DNA from: a virus
Taxonomy: Duplodnaviria > Heunggongvirae > Uroviricota > Caudoviricetes
Virus record (IMG/VR): IMGVR_UViG_2660238269_000006
DNA length: 47,498 bases
Reading direction: 5' to 3' (one strand)
In this document: piece after piece, positions 25,621 to 35,654 of the stretch
How the letters are laid out: each line of letters opens with the position of its first letter
How positions within the stretch are numbered: the stretch's first letter is position 1
The notes under the pieces: generated by a model
Told to the model about the DNA's origin: nothing
What the model saw: only the letters and a program-made list of their open reading frames with translations
The model's database searches: none
Translations under genes and position numbers: made by a program

Positions 25621-27520
25621 TATGATGGCTGCCGTTTCGGTTGCGCTGCAGCCTCTGGTCAGAGTTGTACCGATGACGGCAGTTGAATGGGCTGATCAAA
25701 ATTATTATTTGCCTAAAGACTCCTCATACGGTGACGGAGAATGGAAAACGCTGCCATTCCAGATCGCCATCATGAACAGCATGGGGAATGATCAGATCCG
25801 CACTGTTAATCTGATTAAATCTGCCCGTGTTGGCTATACAAAGATGTTGCTGGGGGTGGTCGGGTATTTTATTGAGCATAAATCCCGAAACAGTCTGCTT
25901 TTTCAGCCCACGGATTCTGCCGCTGAAGATTTTATGAAGTCTCACGTGGAGGCGACGATTCGGGACGTGCCATGCCTGAAAGATCTTTCCCCGTGGCTGG
26001 GTCGTAAACATCGTGACAATACTCTCACGCTGAAACGCTTTTCATCGGGTGTGGGTTTCTGGTGCCTGGGCGGCGCTGCCGCCAAAAACTACCGTGAAAA
26101 ATCCGTGGATGTGGTCTGCTATGACGAACTTTCCTCGTTCGAGCCGGATGTTGAAAAAGAGGGCTCGCCAACCCTGCTGGGGGATAAGCGTATTGAGGGC
26201 TCTGTATGGCCAAAATCCATTCGCGGCTCGACGCCTAAAATAAAAGGTTCCTGCCAGATCGAAAAAGCGGCCAACGAGTCGGCGCATTTCATGCGTTTTT
26301 ATGTGCCCTGCCCGCACTGTGGGGAGGAGCAGTATCTGAAATTTGGCGATGAATCCACGCCTTTTGGCCTTAAATGGGAGAAGGACAGCCCCGAAAGCGT
26401 TTTCTACCTCTGTGAACATCATGGCTGCGTGATCCATCAGTCTGAGCTTGACCAGAGCAACGGGCGGTGGATCTGTGAAAACACGGGGATGTGGACCCGT
26501 GACGGTCTGACGTTTTTCAGCGCTGCGGGTAATGAAATTCCGCCGCCGCGCTCCATCACATTCCATATCTGGACGGCGTACAGTCCGTTCACCACCTGGG
26601 TACAGATAGTCTATGACTGGCTGGATGCACTGAAAGATCCCAACGGCCTGAAAACTTTTGTGAACACCACGCTGGGCGAGACCTGGGAAGAGGCCGTGGG
26701 CGAAAAACTCGATCACCAGGTACTGATGGATAAGGTTGTGCGTTACACGGCGGCGGTGCCTGCCCGGGTGGTTTATCTGACGGCGGGCATTGACTCGCAG
26801 CGAAACCGTTTTGAGATGTATGTCTGGGGATGGGCTCCGGGAGAGGAAGCCTTTCTGGTGGATAAAATCATCATTATGGGACGTCCAGATGAGGAAGAGA
26901 CGCTGTTACGTGTGGATGCGGCGATCAACAAAAAATATCGCCATGCGGATGGCACCGAAATGACCATTTCCCGTGTCTGCTGGGACACCGGGGGGATCGA
27001 TGGCGAAATCGTTTATCAGAGATCAAAAAAACACGGTGTTTTCCGTGTGCTGCCGGTAAAAGGCGCGTCTGTCTATGGCAAGCCGGTGATCACCATGCCA
27101 AAAACCCGCAATCAGCGGGGCGTGTATCTGTGTGAAGTGGGGACGGACACCGCAAAAGAAATTCTCTATGCCCGTATGAAAGCCGATCCCACGCCTGCGG
27201 ATGAAGCCACGTCGTATGCCATCCGTTTTCCTGATGATCCGGAGGTTTTTTCGCAGACAGAGGCGCAGCAACTGGTGGCGGAAGAGCTGGTGGAGAAGTG
27301 GGAAAAAGGAAAGATGCGTCTGCTGTGGGATAACAAAAAGCGGCGTAACGAAGCGCTGGACTGCCTGGTGTATGCCTACGCGGCATTACGTGTGTCCGTG
27401 CAACGCTGGCAGCTTGATCTGGCTGTACTGGCAAAATCCCGGGAAGAAGAGACGACCCGGCCAACCCTGAAAGAACTGGCAGCGAAGCTGTCCGGAGGAG
27501 TGAATGGTTACAGTCGCTGA
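25592..27520 (+). CDS. Terminase large subunit (gpA-like)
   Basis: Strong collinear similarity to lambda gpA (TAVEWADQNYYLPKDSSY..., KSARVGYTKMLLGV..., CPHCGEEQYLKFGD..., TAGIDSQ...). Start MNISEQQ at 25592; the ORF is open from 25535. Confidence 0.85.
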   Translation: MNISEQQLNNMMAAVSVALQPLVRVVPMTAVEWADQNYYLPKDSSYGDGEWKTLPFQIAIMNSMGNDQIRTVNLIKSARVGYTKMLLGVVGYFIEHKSRNSLLFQPTDSAAEDFMKSHVEATIRDVPCLKDLSPWLGRKHRDNTLTLKRFSSGVGFWCLGGAAAKNYREKSVDVVCYDELSSFEPDVEKEGSPTLLGDKRIEGSVWPKSIRGSTPKIKGSCQIEKAANESAHFMRFYVPCPHCGEEQYLKFGDESTPFGLKWEKDSPESVFYLCEHHGCVIHQSELDQSNGRWICENTGMWTRDGLTFFSAAGNEIPPPRSITFHIWTAYSPFTTWVQIVYDWLDALKDPNGLKTFVNTTLGETWEEAVGEKLDHQVLMDKVVRYTAAVPARVVYLTAGIDSQRNRFEMYVWGWAPGEEAFLVDKIIIMGRPDEEETLLRVDAAINKKYRHADGTEMTISRVCWDTGGIDGEIVYQRSKKHGVFRVLPVKGASVYGKPVITMPKTRNQRGVYLCEVGTDTAKEILYARMKADPTPADEATSYAIRFPDDPEVFSQTEAQQLVAEELVEKWEKGKMRLLWDNKKRRNEALDCLVYAYAALRVSVQRWQLDLAVLAKSREEETTRPTLKELAAKLSGGVNGYSR

Positions 27521-27710
27521 ACTGCAGGCGCTGCGTCAGGCGCGCCTTGATTTATTAACCGGTAAACGGGTGGTGTCTGTCCAGAAAGATGGTCGCAGAA
27601 TTGAATATACGGCGGCTTCTCTGGATGAGCTTAACCGTGCGATCAATGATGCGGAGTCGGTACTGGGGACAACCCGACGTCGCCGTCGTCCGCTGGGAGT
27701 GAGGTTATGA
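27504..27710 (+). CDS. Head-tail joining protein gpW-like
   Basis: LTGKRVVSVQKDGRRIEYTAASLDEL matches the lambda gpW core. Confidence 0.7.
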   Translation: MVTVAELQALRQARLDLLTGKRVVSVQKDGRRIEYTAASLDELNRAINDAESVLGTTRRRRRPLGVRL

Positions 27711-29299
27711 AACGAACGCCTGTCCTGATTGATGTGAACGGCGTTCCGCTTCGGGAGAGCCTCAGCTACCACGGGGGCGGTGCAGGATTTGGCGGGCAAA
27801 TGGCGGAGTGGTTGCCACCGGCGCAGAGTGCCGATGCGGCCCTGCTGCCCGCGTTGCGTCTGGGGAATGCCCGTGCAGATGATCTGGTACGCAATAACGG
27901 GATAGCGGCTAATGCGGTGGCCCTGCATAAGGATCATATTGTCGGGCATATGTTTCTTATCAGCTACCGTCCGAACTGGCGCTGGCTGGGGATGCGGGAG
28001 ACTGCGGCAAAAAGTTTTGTCGATGAGGTGGAGGCGGCCTGGTCGGAATACGCAGAAGGGATGTTTGGCGAGATCGACGTGGAAGGGAAACGCACGTTCA
28101 CGGAATTTATCCGTGAAGGTGTGGGCGTTCATGCCTTTAACGGCGAAATCTTTGTGCAGCCGGTCTGGGATACGGAAACCACGCAGTTATTCCGCACGCG
28201 TTTTAAAGCCGTGAGTCCGAAACGGGTGGACACGCCAGGACACGGTATCGGGAATCGTTTTCTGCGGGCCGGGGTGGAGGTCGATCGATATGGCCGTGCC
28301 GTTGCGTACCATATCTGTGAGGATGATTTTCCTCGCTCCGGGAGTGGACGATGGGAACGGATCCCGCGTGAACTTCCCACCGGGCGTCCGGCCATGCTGC
28401 ATATTTTCGAGCCGGTGGAGGACGGGCAGACCCGTGGGGCCAATCAGTTTTACAGCGTCATGGAACGGCTGAAGATGCTCGATTCCCTGCAGGCAACACA
28501 GCTTCAGTCGGCCATAGTGAAGGCGATGTATGCAGCGACGATTGAAAGTGAACTTGATACCGAAAAGGCCTTTGAATATATCGCGGGGGCACCACAGGGT
28601 CAGCAGGATAATCCGCTCATTAATATTCTGGAGAAGTTCTCCAGCTGGTATGACACGAATCACGTGACGCTGGGTGGTGTCAAAATTCCGCACCTTTTCC
28701 CCGGGGATGATCTGAAACTGCAGACCGCGCAGGATTCAGACAATGGATTTTCGGCGCTTGAACAGGCGCTGCTGCGGTATATCGCCGCCGGTCTTGGCGT
28801 TTCCTACGAACAGTTGTCCCGTGATTACTCGAAGGTCAGTTATTCAAGTGCCCGCGCCTCTGCCAATGAGTCGTGGCGCTATTTTATGGGACGACGAAAA
28901 TTTATTGCGGCCCGGCTGGCCACGCAGATGTTTTCCTGCTGGCTGGAAGAGGCACTTCTTCGGGGGATTATCCGTCCGCCACGGGCACGTTTTGATTTTT
29001 ATCAGGCGCGATCAGCCTGGTCACGGGCAGAGTGGATTGGTGCCGGAAGAATGGCCATTGACGGGCTCAAGGAGGTCCAGGAATCGGTGATGCGTATTGA
29101 TTCCGGACTGAGCACGTATGAGAAAGAGCTGGCGCTGATGGGTGAGGATTATCAGGACATTTTCCGCCAGCAGGTCAGGGAATCCGCAGAGCGGGAAAAA
29201 GCCGGACTCTCACGTCCGGTGTGGATAGCGCAGGCGTATCAGCAGCAGATAGCGGAGAGCCGCAGGCCGGAAGAGGAGACAACACCACGTGAGACGTAA
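27707..29299 (+). CDS. Portal protein (gpB-like)
   Basis: 530 aa, in the lambda gpB position and of similar size. Confidence 0.75.
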   Translation: MKRTPVLIDVNGVPLRESLSYHGGGAGFGGQMAEWLPPAQSADAALLPALRLGNARADDLVRNNGIAANAVALHKDHIVGHMFLISYRPNWRWLGMRETAAKSFVDEVEAAWSEYAEGMFGEIDVEGKRTFTEFIREGVGVHAFNGEIFVQPVWDTETTQLFRTRFKAVSPKRVDTPGHGIGNRFLRAGVEVDRYGRAVAYHICEDDFPRSGSGRWERIPRELPTGRPAMLHIFEPVEDGQTRGANQFYSVMERLKMLDSLQATQLQSAIVKAMYAATIESELDTEKAFEYIAGAPQGQQDNPLINILEKFSSWYDTNHVTLGGVKIPHLFPGDDLKLQTAQDSDNGFSALEQALLRYIAAGLGVSYEQLSRDYSKVSYSSARASANESWRYFMGRRKFIAARLATQMFSCWLEEALLRGIIRPPRARFDFYQARSAWSRAEWIGAGRMAIDGLKEVQESVMRIDSGLSTYEKELALMGEDYQDIFRQQVRESAEREKAGLSRPVWIAQAYQQQIAESRRPEEETTPRET

Positions 29300-30794
29300 T
29301 CTTTCACACATTATTGCCGCAGCATTCAATGAACCGCTGCTTCTGGAGCCCGCCTATGCGCGGGTTTTCTTTTGCGCGCTGGGGCGCGAGATGGGGGCAG
29401 CAAGTCTTTCGTTACCACAACAGCAGGTACAGCTTGATGCTCCCGGGATGCTGGCTGAAACGGACGAGTACATGGCCGGAGGTAAACGACCGGCCCGTGT
29501 TTACCGGGTGGTGAACGGTATTGCGGTACTGCCGGTGACCGGCACGCTGGTGCACCGGCTGGGTGGTATGCGGCCATTTTCCGGAATGACAGGCTATGAC
29601 GGCATTGTTGCCTGTCTTCAGCAGGCAATGGCGGACACCTCTGTCCGGGGCGTACTGCTGGATATTGACAGTCCGGGCGGGCAGGCCGCCGGTGCGTTTG
29701 ACTGCGCTGACATGATTTACCGCCTCCGGCAGCAGAAGCCGGTCTGGGCACTGTGTAATGACACGGCCTGTTCTGCGGCCATGCTGCTGGCGTCGGCCTG
29801 CTCCCGACGGCTGGTTACCCAGACATCCCGTATCGGCTCCATTGGCGTGATGATGGGCCATGTCAGCTATGCCGGTCATCTGGCGCAGGCCGGAGTGGAT
29901 ATCACGCTGATTTATGCCGGGGCGCATAAGGTGGATGGCAATCAGTTTGAAGCGTTGCCGTCAGAGGTTCGCCAGGACATGCAGCAGCGGATTGATGCGG
30001 CGCACCGGATGTTTGCCGAAAAAGTGGCGATGTATACGGGGCTGTCTGTGGAAGCTGTCACGGGGACAGAGGCTGCCGTTTTTGAAGGTCAGTCCGGTAT
30101 TGAGGCCGGGCTGGCGGATGAATTAATCAATGCGTCGGATGCCATCAGCGTGATGGCTGCGGCGCTGAACACACATGATACAGGAGGCACTATGCCGCAA
30201 TTAACTGCAACGGAAGCCGCCGCGCAGGAGAACCAGCGAGTGATGGGGATCCTGACGTGTCAGGAAGCGAAAGGACGTGAACAGCTTGCCACGATGCTGG
30301 CAGGACAACAGGGCATGAGCGTTGAACAGGCCCGGGCGATTCTGGCCGCGGCAGCACCGCAGCAGCCGGTGGCATCCGCGCAGAGTGAAGCCGATCGCAT
30401 TATGGCGTGTGAAGAAGCTAAAGGTCGTGAACAACTGGCGGCAACGCTGGCGGCGATGCCGGATATGGCGGTGGAAAAAGCCCGCCCGATCCTGGCTGCT
30501 TCACCGCAGGCGGATGCCGGACCCTCACTCCGTGATCAGATTATGGCTCTGGATGAGGCAAAAGGGGCTGAGGCGCAGGCTGAAAAACTGGCGGCCTGCC
30601 CGGGAATGACCGTGGAGAACGCCCGGGCTGTGCTGGCTGCGGGATCAGGTAAGGCAGAACCGGTTTCTGCATCCACAACCGCCCTGTTTGAACATTTCAT
30701 GGCGAACCATTCACCGGCAGCGGTACAGGGTGGTGTGCCACAGACGTCAGCAGACGGTGATGCGGACGTGAAAATGCTCATGGCCATGCCATGA
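29289..30794 (+). CDS. Head protease/scaffold (gpC-like with in-frame Nu3-like C-terminal region)
   Basis: ClpP/S49-like N-terminal region; the C-terminal region carries three tandem roughly 40-aa repeats (EAKGREQLA...). The nested scaffold start is not resolved. Confidence 0.65.
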   Translation: MRRNLSHIIAAAFNEPLLLEPAYARVFFCALGREMGAASLSLPQQQVQLDAPGMLAETDEYMAGGKRPARVYRVVNGIAVLPVTGTLVHRLGGMRPFSGMTGYDGIVACLQQAMADTSVRGVLLDIDSPGGQAAGAFDCADMIYRLRQQKPVWALCNDTACSAAMLLASACSRRLVTQTSRIGSIGVMMGHVSYAGHLAQAGVDITLIYAGAHKVDGNQFEALPSEVRQDMQQRIDAAHRMFAEKVAMYTGLSVEAVTGTEAAVFEGQSGIEAGLADELINASDAISVMAAALNTHDTGGTMPQLTATEAAAQENQRVMGILTCQEAKGREQLATMLAGQQGMSVEQARAILAAAAPQQPVASAQSEADRIMACEEAKGREQLAATLAAMPDMAVEKARPILAASPQADAGPSLRDQIMALDEAKGAEAQAEKLAACPGMTVENARAVLAAGSGKAEPVSASTTALFEHFMANHSPAAVQGGVPQTSADGDADVKMLMAMP

Positions 30795-30830
30795 AGCCAG
30801 TGCTGACCATCAATAGGAGGTTTTAACAAT

Positions 30831-31178
30831 ATGGTGACGAAAACCATCACTGAACAACGTGCAGAAGTACGTATTTTTGCCGGTAATGATCCGGCTCATA
30901 CCGCCACAGGCAGCAGCGGGATTTCTCAGGCAACACCGGCACTGACGCCCCTGATGCTGGATGAAGCCAGCGGGAAACTGGTGGTCTGGGACGGACAGAA
31001 AGCCGGTAGTGCGGCTGGCATACTGGTACTGCCGCTTGAAGGCACAGAGACGGTGCTGACGTATTACAAGTCGGGGACCTTTGCGACGGAGGCAATCCGC
31101 TGGCCTGAAAGTGTGGATGAACACAAAAAGGCCAACGCCTTTGTCGGCACAGCCCTGAGTCACGCGGCGCTGCCGTAA
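30831..31178 (+). CDS. Head decoration protein (gpD-like)
   Basis: DPAHTATG...TPLMLDEASGKLVVWDG...YYKSGTF parallels lambda gpD. Confidence 0.75.
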   Translation: MVTKTITEQRAEVRIFAGNDPAHTATGSSGISQATPALTPLMLDEASGKLVVWDGQKAGSAAGILVLPLEGTETVLTYYKSGTFATEAIRWPESVDEHKKANAFVGTALSHAALP

Positions 31179-31235
31179 CACGTTATCAGGCCACCGCGTT
31201 GGCCTGACTGATTTCTGAATGAAAGGAACTGATTT

Positions 31236-32264
31236 ATGGGATTGTTTACGACCCGCCAGTTACTCGGTTATACCGAACAAAAAGTGAAATTTCGTGCGTT
31301 GTTTCTGGAACTGTTTTTCCGCCGTACGGTGAATTTCCACACCGAAGAGGTGATGCTGGACAAAATTACCGGAAAAACGCCGGTGGCAGCCTATGTCTCC
31401 CCGGTTGTTGAAGGAAAAGTGCTGCGTCATCGTGGTGGTGAAACCCGCGTGTTGCGTCCGGGCTACGTCAAGCCGAAACACGAATTTAATTACCAGCAGG
31501 CGGTGGAGCGCCTTCCCGGTGAAGATCCGGCGCAACTGAACGACCCGGCCTACCGTCGTCTGCGTATCATCACTGATAACCTCAAACAGGAAGAGCATGC
31601 CATTGTCCAGGTGGAGGAAATGCAGGCGGTGAATGCCGTGCTGTATGGCAAATACACCATGGAAGGGGAGCAGTTTGATACTGTCGAGGTGGATTTCGGG
31701 CGCTCTGAAGGAAATAACATTGAGCAGGCTGACGGTAAAAAATGGTCTGAGCAGGACCGTGATACGTTTGATCCGACGCATGATATTGACCTCTACTGCG
31801 ATCAGGCCAGCGGTCTTGTGAATATCGCCATTATGGACGGTACGGTCTGGCGTCTGCTGAATGGCTTTAAGCTGTTCCGCGAAAAACTGGATACCCGTCG
31901 CGGCTCAAATTCACAACTCGAAACGGCAGTGAAAGATCTGGGCGCAGTGGTGTCCTTCAAGGGGTATTACGGCGATCTGGCCATTGTGGTGGCGAAAACG
32001 TCTTATGTGGCAGAGGACGGTACCGAAAAACGTTATCTGCCGGAGGGTACGCTGGTCCTGGGAAATACGGCTGCTGATGGCATCCGTTGCTATGGTGCCA
32101 TTCAGGATGCGCAGGCGTTGTCCGAAGGTGTGGTGGCCTCTTCCCGTTATCCGAAACACTGGCTGACCGTTGGCGATCCGGCCCGTGAATTCACCATGAC
32201 GCAGTCCGCTCCGCTGATGGTGCTGCCGGATCCGGATGAGTTTGTGGTGGTTCAGGTGAAATAA
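31236..32264 (+). CDS. Major capsid protein (gpE-like)
   Basis: 342 aa; extensive collinear similarity to lambda gpE (YVSPVVEGKVLRHRGG..., TGDPAREFTMTQSAPLMVLPDPDEFV). Confidence 0.85.
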   Translation: MGLFTTRQLLGYTEQKVKFRALFLELFFRRTVNFHTEEVMLDKITGKTPVAAYVSPVVEGKVLRHRGGETRVLRPGYVKPKHEFNYQQAVERLPGEDPAQLNDPAYRRLRIITDNLKQEEHAIVQVEEMQAVNAVLYGKYTMEGEQFDTVEVDFGRSEGNNIEQADGKKWSEQDRDTFDPTHDIDLYCDQASGLVNIAIMDGTVWRLLNGFKLFREKLDTRRGSNSQLETAVKDLGAVVSFKGYYGDLAIVVAKTSYVAEDGTEKRYLPEGTLVLGNTAADGIRCYGAIQDAQALSEGVVASSRYPKHWLTVGDPAREFTMTQSAPLMVLPDPDEFVVVQVK

Positions 32265-32271
32265 TCCGGGA

Positions 32272-32301
32272 GCGGGGGCGAAATGCCCCCGTGTCTTTTT
32301 T
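32272..32301 (+). terminator. Hairpin plus T-tract downstream of the major capsid gene (partial terminator/attenuator)
   Basis: gcgggggc / gcccccgt stem with loop gaaat, followed by a run of six T. Confidence 0.45.
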
Positions 32302-32315
32302 CACAGGGGGCTGAG

Positions 32316-32699
32316 ATGGCAACAAAAGAAGAAAATCTGAATCGTCTTCGTCAACTGGCTGGTCTGCTGGGGCGCGAGGTGGATATGTCGGGGAGTGCTG
32401 CGGATATTGCTCTGCGTGTGTCTGAGTGGGAAGAGGAGCTTGCAGCTTCCCGGGAGGGCATTATGCACTCTGATGAGAGCGGGTCTGATCAAAATGACAC
32501 AGACGATGGTGAGCAGTTGAACAACACGGATTCTCCGGATGATGTTAAAGCCGTCCGGGTACGGAAGTGCCTGCAAGTAATGGGGTATTGCCCGGAGACA
32601 GGTCGTCCCGTTGAGCTGGCGTTACGGGGTATGCGTGTTCTGGTGCCATCATCACTGGCAACGGCCATGATACAGCACGGAACGGCTGAATATGCGTGA
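32316..32699 (+). CDS. DNA packaging protein gpFI-like
   Basis: 127 aa in the FI position; acidic central region; RBS AGGGGG. Confidence 0.55.
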   Translation: MATKEENLNRLRQLAGLLGREVDMSGSAADIALRVSEWEEELAASREGIMHSDESGSDQNDTDDGEQLNNTDSPDDVKAVRVRKCLQVMGYCPETGRPVELALRGMRVLVPSSLATAMIQHGTAEYA

Positions 32700-33045
32700 T
32701 TTTCAGAATGCCTTTGATGCTGCCCTCGCCGGGGTGGACAGTACGATCGTTGAAGTGATGGGGATCCGTGCGCAGTTCACCTCCGGTGCACAGCGTGGCG
32801 GCGAAGTTCAGGGGGTTTTTGACGATCCGGAGTCGCTGGGTTTTGCCGGTGGCGGGGTCCGTATTGAAGGAAGCAGCCCGTCATTATTTGTGCGGACGGA
32901 TACGGTGCGTGCTGTGCGGCGTGGTGACACGCTGACCATTAACGGCGAGATGTTCTGGGTGGATCGTGTTTCTCCGGATGACGGGGGCAGCTGTTATCTC
33001 TGGCTCAACCGTGGGCAACCACCCGCAGTTAACCGGCGACGATAA
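32692..33045 (+). CDS. Head-tail connector gpFII-like
   Basis: GVFDDPESLGFAGGGVRIEGSSPSLFVRTD...FWVDRVSPDDGGSCYLWL...PPAVNRRR parallels lambda gpFII. Confidence 0.8.
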   Translation: MRDFQNAFDAALAGVDSTIVEVMGIRAQFTSGAQRGGEVQGVFDDPESLGFAGGGVRIEGSSPSLFVRTDTVRAVRRGDTLTINGEMFWVDRVSPDDGGSCYLWLNRGQPPAVNRRR

Positions 33046-33060
33046 ACGCAGGGTGAAATT

Positions 33061-33639
33061 ATGGTGATAAAAGGACTTGATCAGGCGATTGACAATCTGA
33101 GCCGGGTTCGTAAAAACGCCATTCCTGCTGCTTCAGCAATGGCCATTAACCGTGTGGCCACAACGGCAATAAATCAGTCGGCGTCACAGGTTGCCCGTGA
33201 GACAAAGGTACGCCGGAAACTGGTAAAGGAAAGAGCCAGGCTGAAAAGGGCCACGGTTAAAAATCCGCAGGTCAGAATCAAAGTTAACCGGGGGGATTTG
33301 CCCGTAATCAGGCTGGGTAATGCGCGGGTTGTTCTGTCCCGACGAAGGCGACGTAAAAAGGGGCAGCGTTCATCCCTGAAAGGTGGCGGCAGTGTGCTTG
33401 TGGTGGGTAACCGTCGCATTCCCGGCGCGTTTATTCAGCAACTGAAAAATGGGCGGTGGCATGTCATGCAGCGTGTGGCCGGGAAAAACCGTTACCCCAT
33501 TGATGTGGTGAAAATCCCGATGGCGGTGCCGCTGACCACAGCATTTAAACAGAATATTGAACGTATCCGGCGTGAACGCCTGCCAGAAGAACTGGCATAC
33601 GCGCTGAAACAACAACTGAGGATTGCGATAAAACGATGA
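33061..33639 (+). CDS. Tail completion protein gpZ-like
   Basis: 192 aa in the Z position in a lambda-collinear module. Confidence 0.6.
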   Translation: MVIKGLDQAIDNLSRVRKNAIPAASAMAINRVATTAINQSASQVARETKVRRKLVKERARLKRATVKNPQVRIKVNRGDLPVIRLGNARVVLSRRRRRKKGQRSSLKGGGSVLVVGNRRIPGAFIQQLKNGRWHVMQRVAGKNRYPIDVVKIPMAVPLTTAFKQNIERIRRERLPEELAYALKQQLRIAIKR

Positions 33640-34031
33640 AACATACTGATATCCGTGCAGCCGTACTGGATACACTGGAGAAGCATGACACCGGGGCGAC
33701 GCTGTTTGATGGTCGCCCCGCTGTTTTTGAGGAGGCGGATTTTCCGGCGGTCGCGGTTTATCTGACGGATGCAGAGTATACCGGTGAAGAGCTGGATGCA
33801 GATACCTGGCGGGCCACACTGCATATTGAGGTGTTTTTACCGGCACAGGTACCGGATTCAGAGCTTGATCAGTGGATGGAAAGCCGGATTTACCCGGCGA
33901 TGGCGGCGATCCCTGCACTGGCAGGCATGATTACCACGATGGTTACGCAGGGCTATGAGTATCATCGTGATGACGATATGGCATTGTGGAGCTCTGCAGA
34001 TCTGACTTATTCCATTACATACGAGATGTGA
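33636..34031 (+). CDS. Tail terminator gpU-like
   Basis: 131 aa in the U position; ATGA overlap with Z. Confidence 0.6.
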   Translation: MKHTDIRAAVLDTLEKHDTGATLFDGRPAVFEEADFPAVAVYLTDAEYTGEELDADTWRATLHIEVFLPAQVPDSELDQWMESRIYPAMAAIPALAGMITTMVTQGYEYHRDDDMALWSSADLTYSITYEM

Positions 34032-34038
34032 GGATGAT

Positions 34039-34788
34039 ATGGCAACACCAAATCCCCTGGCGCCGGTAAAAGGTTCCGGCACCACGCTCTGGGTTTACAC
34101 CGGTAAGGGCGATGCTTATGCAAACCCGCTGTCAGATGATGAGTGGACGCGTCTGGCAAAAATAAAGGATCTGACCCCCGGCGAGATGACGGCGGAATCC
34201 TACGACGATAGCTATCTGGATGATGAGGATGCTGACTGGGTATCCACCGGGCAGGGGCAGAAATCCGCCGGTGACACCAGTTTTACGCTGGCCTGGAAGC
34301 CCGGCGAGAAAGGGCAGCGCGATTTGATTGCCTGGTTTGACAGCAGCGAGACCCGGGCCTACAAAATCCGCTTCCCGAACGGCACGGTGGATGTGTTCCG
34401 TGGCTGGGTGAGCGCCATTGGTAAAGCGGTGACCGCCAAAGAAGTGATCACCCGTACGGTAAAAATCACCAATATTGGTCGTCCGTCACTGGCGGAGGAT
34501 CGGGGAGAAATCACACCGGTCACCGGTATTACCGTGACGCCACTAACGGGGAATGTGGCAAAAGGTCAGAGCACCACCCTGACTGTGGCCGTTCAGCCGG
34601 AAGGCGCGACGGATAAAACGTTCCGCGCCACGTCGGCAAATCAGAATTTCGCCACTATTACCGTGAAAGGGAACACGATCACCGTGAAAGGTGTTGCGGC
34701 AGGTAAAGCGCAGATCCCTGTTGTCACCGGCAATGGTGAGTTTGCGGCGGTGGCGGAGATCACCGTCACGGATGGCGCTGCAGGCTGA
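34039..34788 (+). CDS. Major tail protein gpV-like with C-terminal Ig-like domain
   Basis: 249 aa; the C-terminal region ([29 protein letters not shown]...) is Big_2/Ig-like. Confidence 0.7.
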   Translation: MATPNPLAPVKGSGTTLWVYTGKGDAYANPLSDDEWTRLAKIKDLTPGEMTAESYDDSYLDDEDADWVSTGQGQKSAGDTSFTLAWKPGEKGQRDLIAWFDSSETRAYKIRFPNGTVDVFRGWVSAIGKAVTAKEVITRTVKITNIGRPSLAEDRGEITPVTGITVTPLTGNVAKGQSTTLTVAVQPEGATDKTFRATSANQNFATITVKGNTITVKGVAAGKAQIPVVTGNGEFAAVAEITVTDGAAG

Positions 34789-34803
34789 GGGGGGAGATAA
34801 AGC

Positions 34804-35235
34804 ATGTTTCTGAAAACAGAACAATTTGAATATAACGGCGTGTCCGTCACCCTTTCCGAACTGTCTGCGCTGCAGCGTATTGAGCATCTTGCCCTCCTGA
34901 AACGGCGGGCAGAAGAGGCTGAAGCCAGCGGCAACCTGCAGGTGAGCGTGGAAGACCTTGTCAGAACCGGGGCGTTTCTGGTGGCGATGTCCCTGTGGCA
35001 TAACCATCCACAGAAAACGCAGTCACCGTCAATGAATGAGGCCGTGATGAAGATAGAGCAGGAAGTGCTCACCACCTGGCCTGCCGATGCCATTGCCCGG
35101 GCGGAAGAAGTGGTGTTGTGCCTGTCCGGGATGATCGAAGCTGTTCGTCCGGATACTGATATCACCGAAGTGGCGAAAAATAACGTGCTGACTGATGATG
35201 ATTTTTCTGCGGGAAAGTCTTCGACGGCGAGCTGA
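34804..35235 (+). CDS. Tail assembly chaperone gpG-like
   Basis: 143 aa; contains the slippery heptamer G GGA AAG near its 3' end. Confidence 0.65.
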   Translation: MFLKTEQFEYNGVSVTLSELSALQRIEHLALLKRRAEEAEASGNLQVSVEDLVRTGAFLVAMSLWHNHPQKTQSPSMNEAVMKIEQEVLTTWPADAIARAEEVVLCLSGMIEAVRPDTDITEVAKNNVLTDDDFSAGKSSTAS

Positions 35236-35618
35236 ATTTTGCCCTCAGACTGGCGCGTGAGATGGGGAGACCCGACTGGCGCGCCATGCTTGCCGGGATG
35301 ACATCCACCGAATATGCCGACTGGCACCGTTTTTACCGCACGCATTATTTTCAGGATACCCAACTGGATATGCATTTTTCCGGGCTGACGTACGCCGTAC
35401 TCAGCCTGTTTTTTTGCGATCCGTATATGCATCCGGCGGATTTCAGTCTGCTGGCTCCCCGGCGAGAGGAAGAGCAGACGGAGATGCCGGATGAGGAAGA
35501 CATGCTGATGCAGAAAGCGGCAGGACTTGCCGGAGGCGTCCGGTTCGGCGAGGAGGGAGGGGCGATATTTCACCTTCTGCGGATGTGGTGGATGTCAGCG
35601 AGGATGATGTCGCATTAA
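34804..35618 (+). CDS. gpGT-like fusion produced by programmed -1 ribosomal frameshift
   Basis: Slippery sequence GGGAAAG at 35211-35217 (the same heptamer as lambda G/GT); the -1 frame stays open to 35618. Confidence 0.55.
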
Positions 35619-35654
35619 TGATGGCTTCAGCGGGGATTTCCGGAGGTGTGAGAT

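Noticed and set aside
26042-26716. 224-aa minus-strand ORF inside the terminase large-subunit gene
   Set aside because: Antisense to a gene with strong lambda gpA similarity; the composition is typical of a spurious GC-rich ORF.
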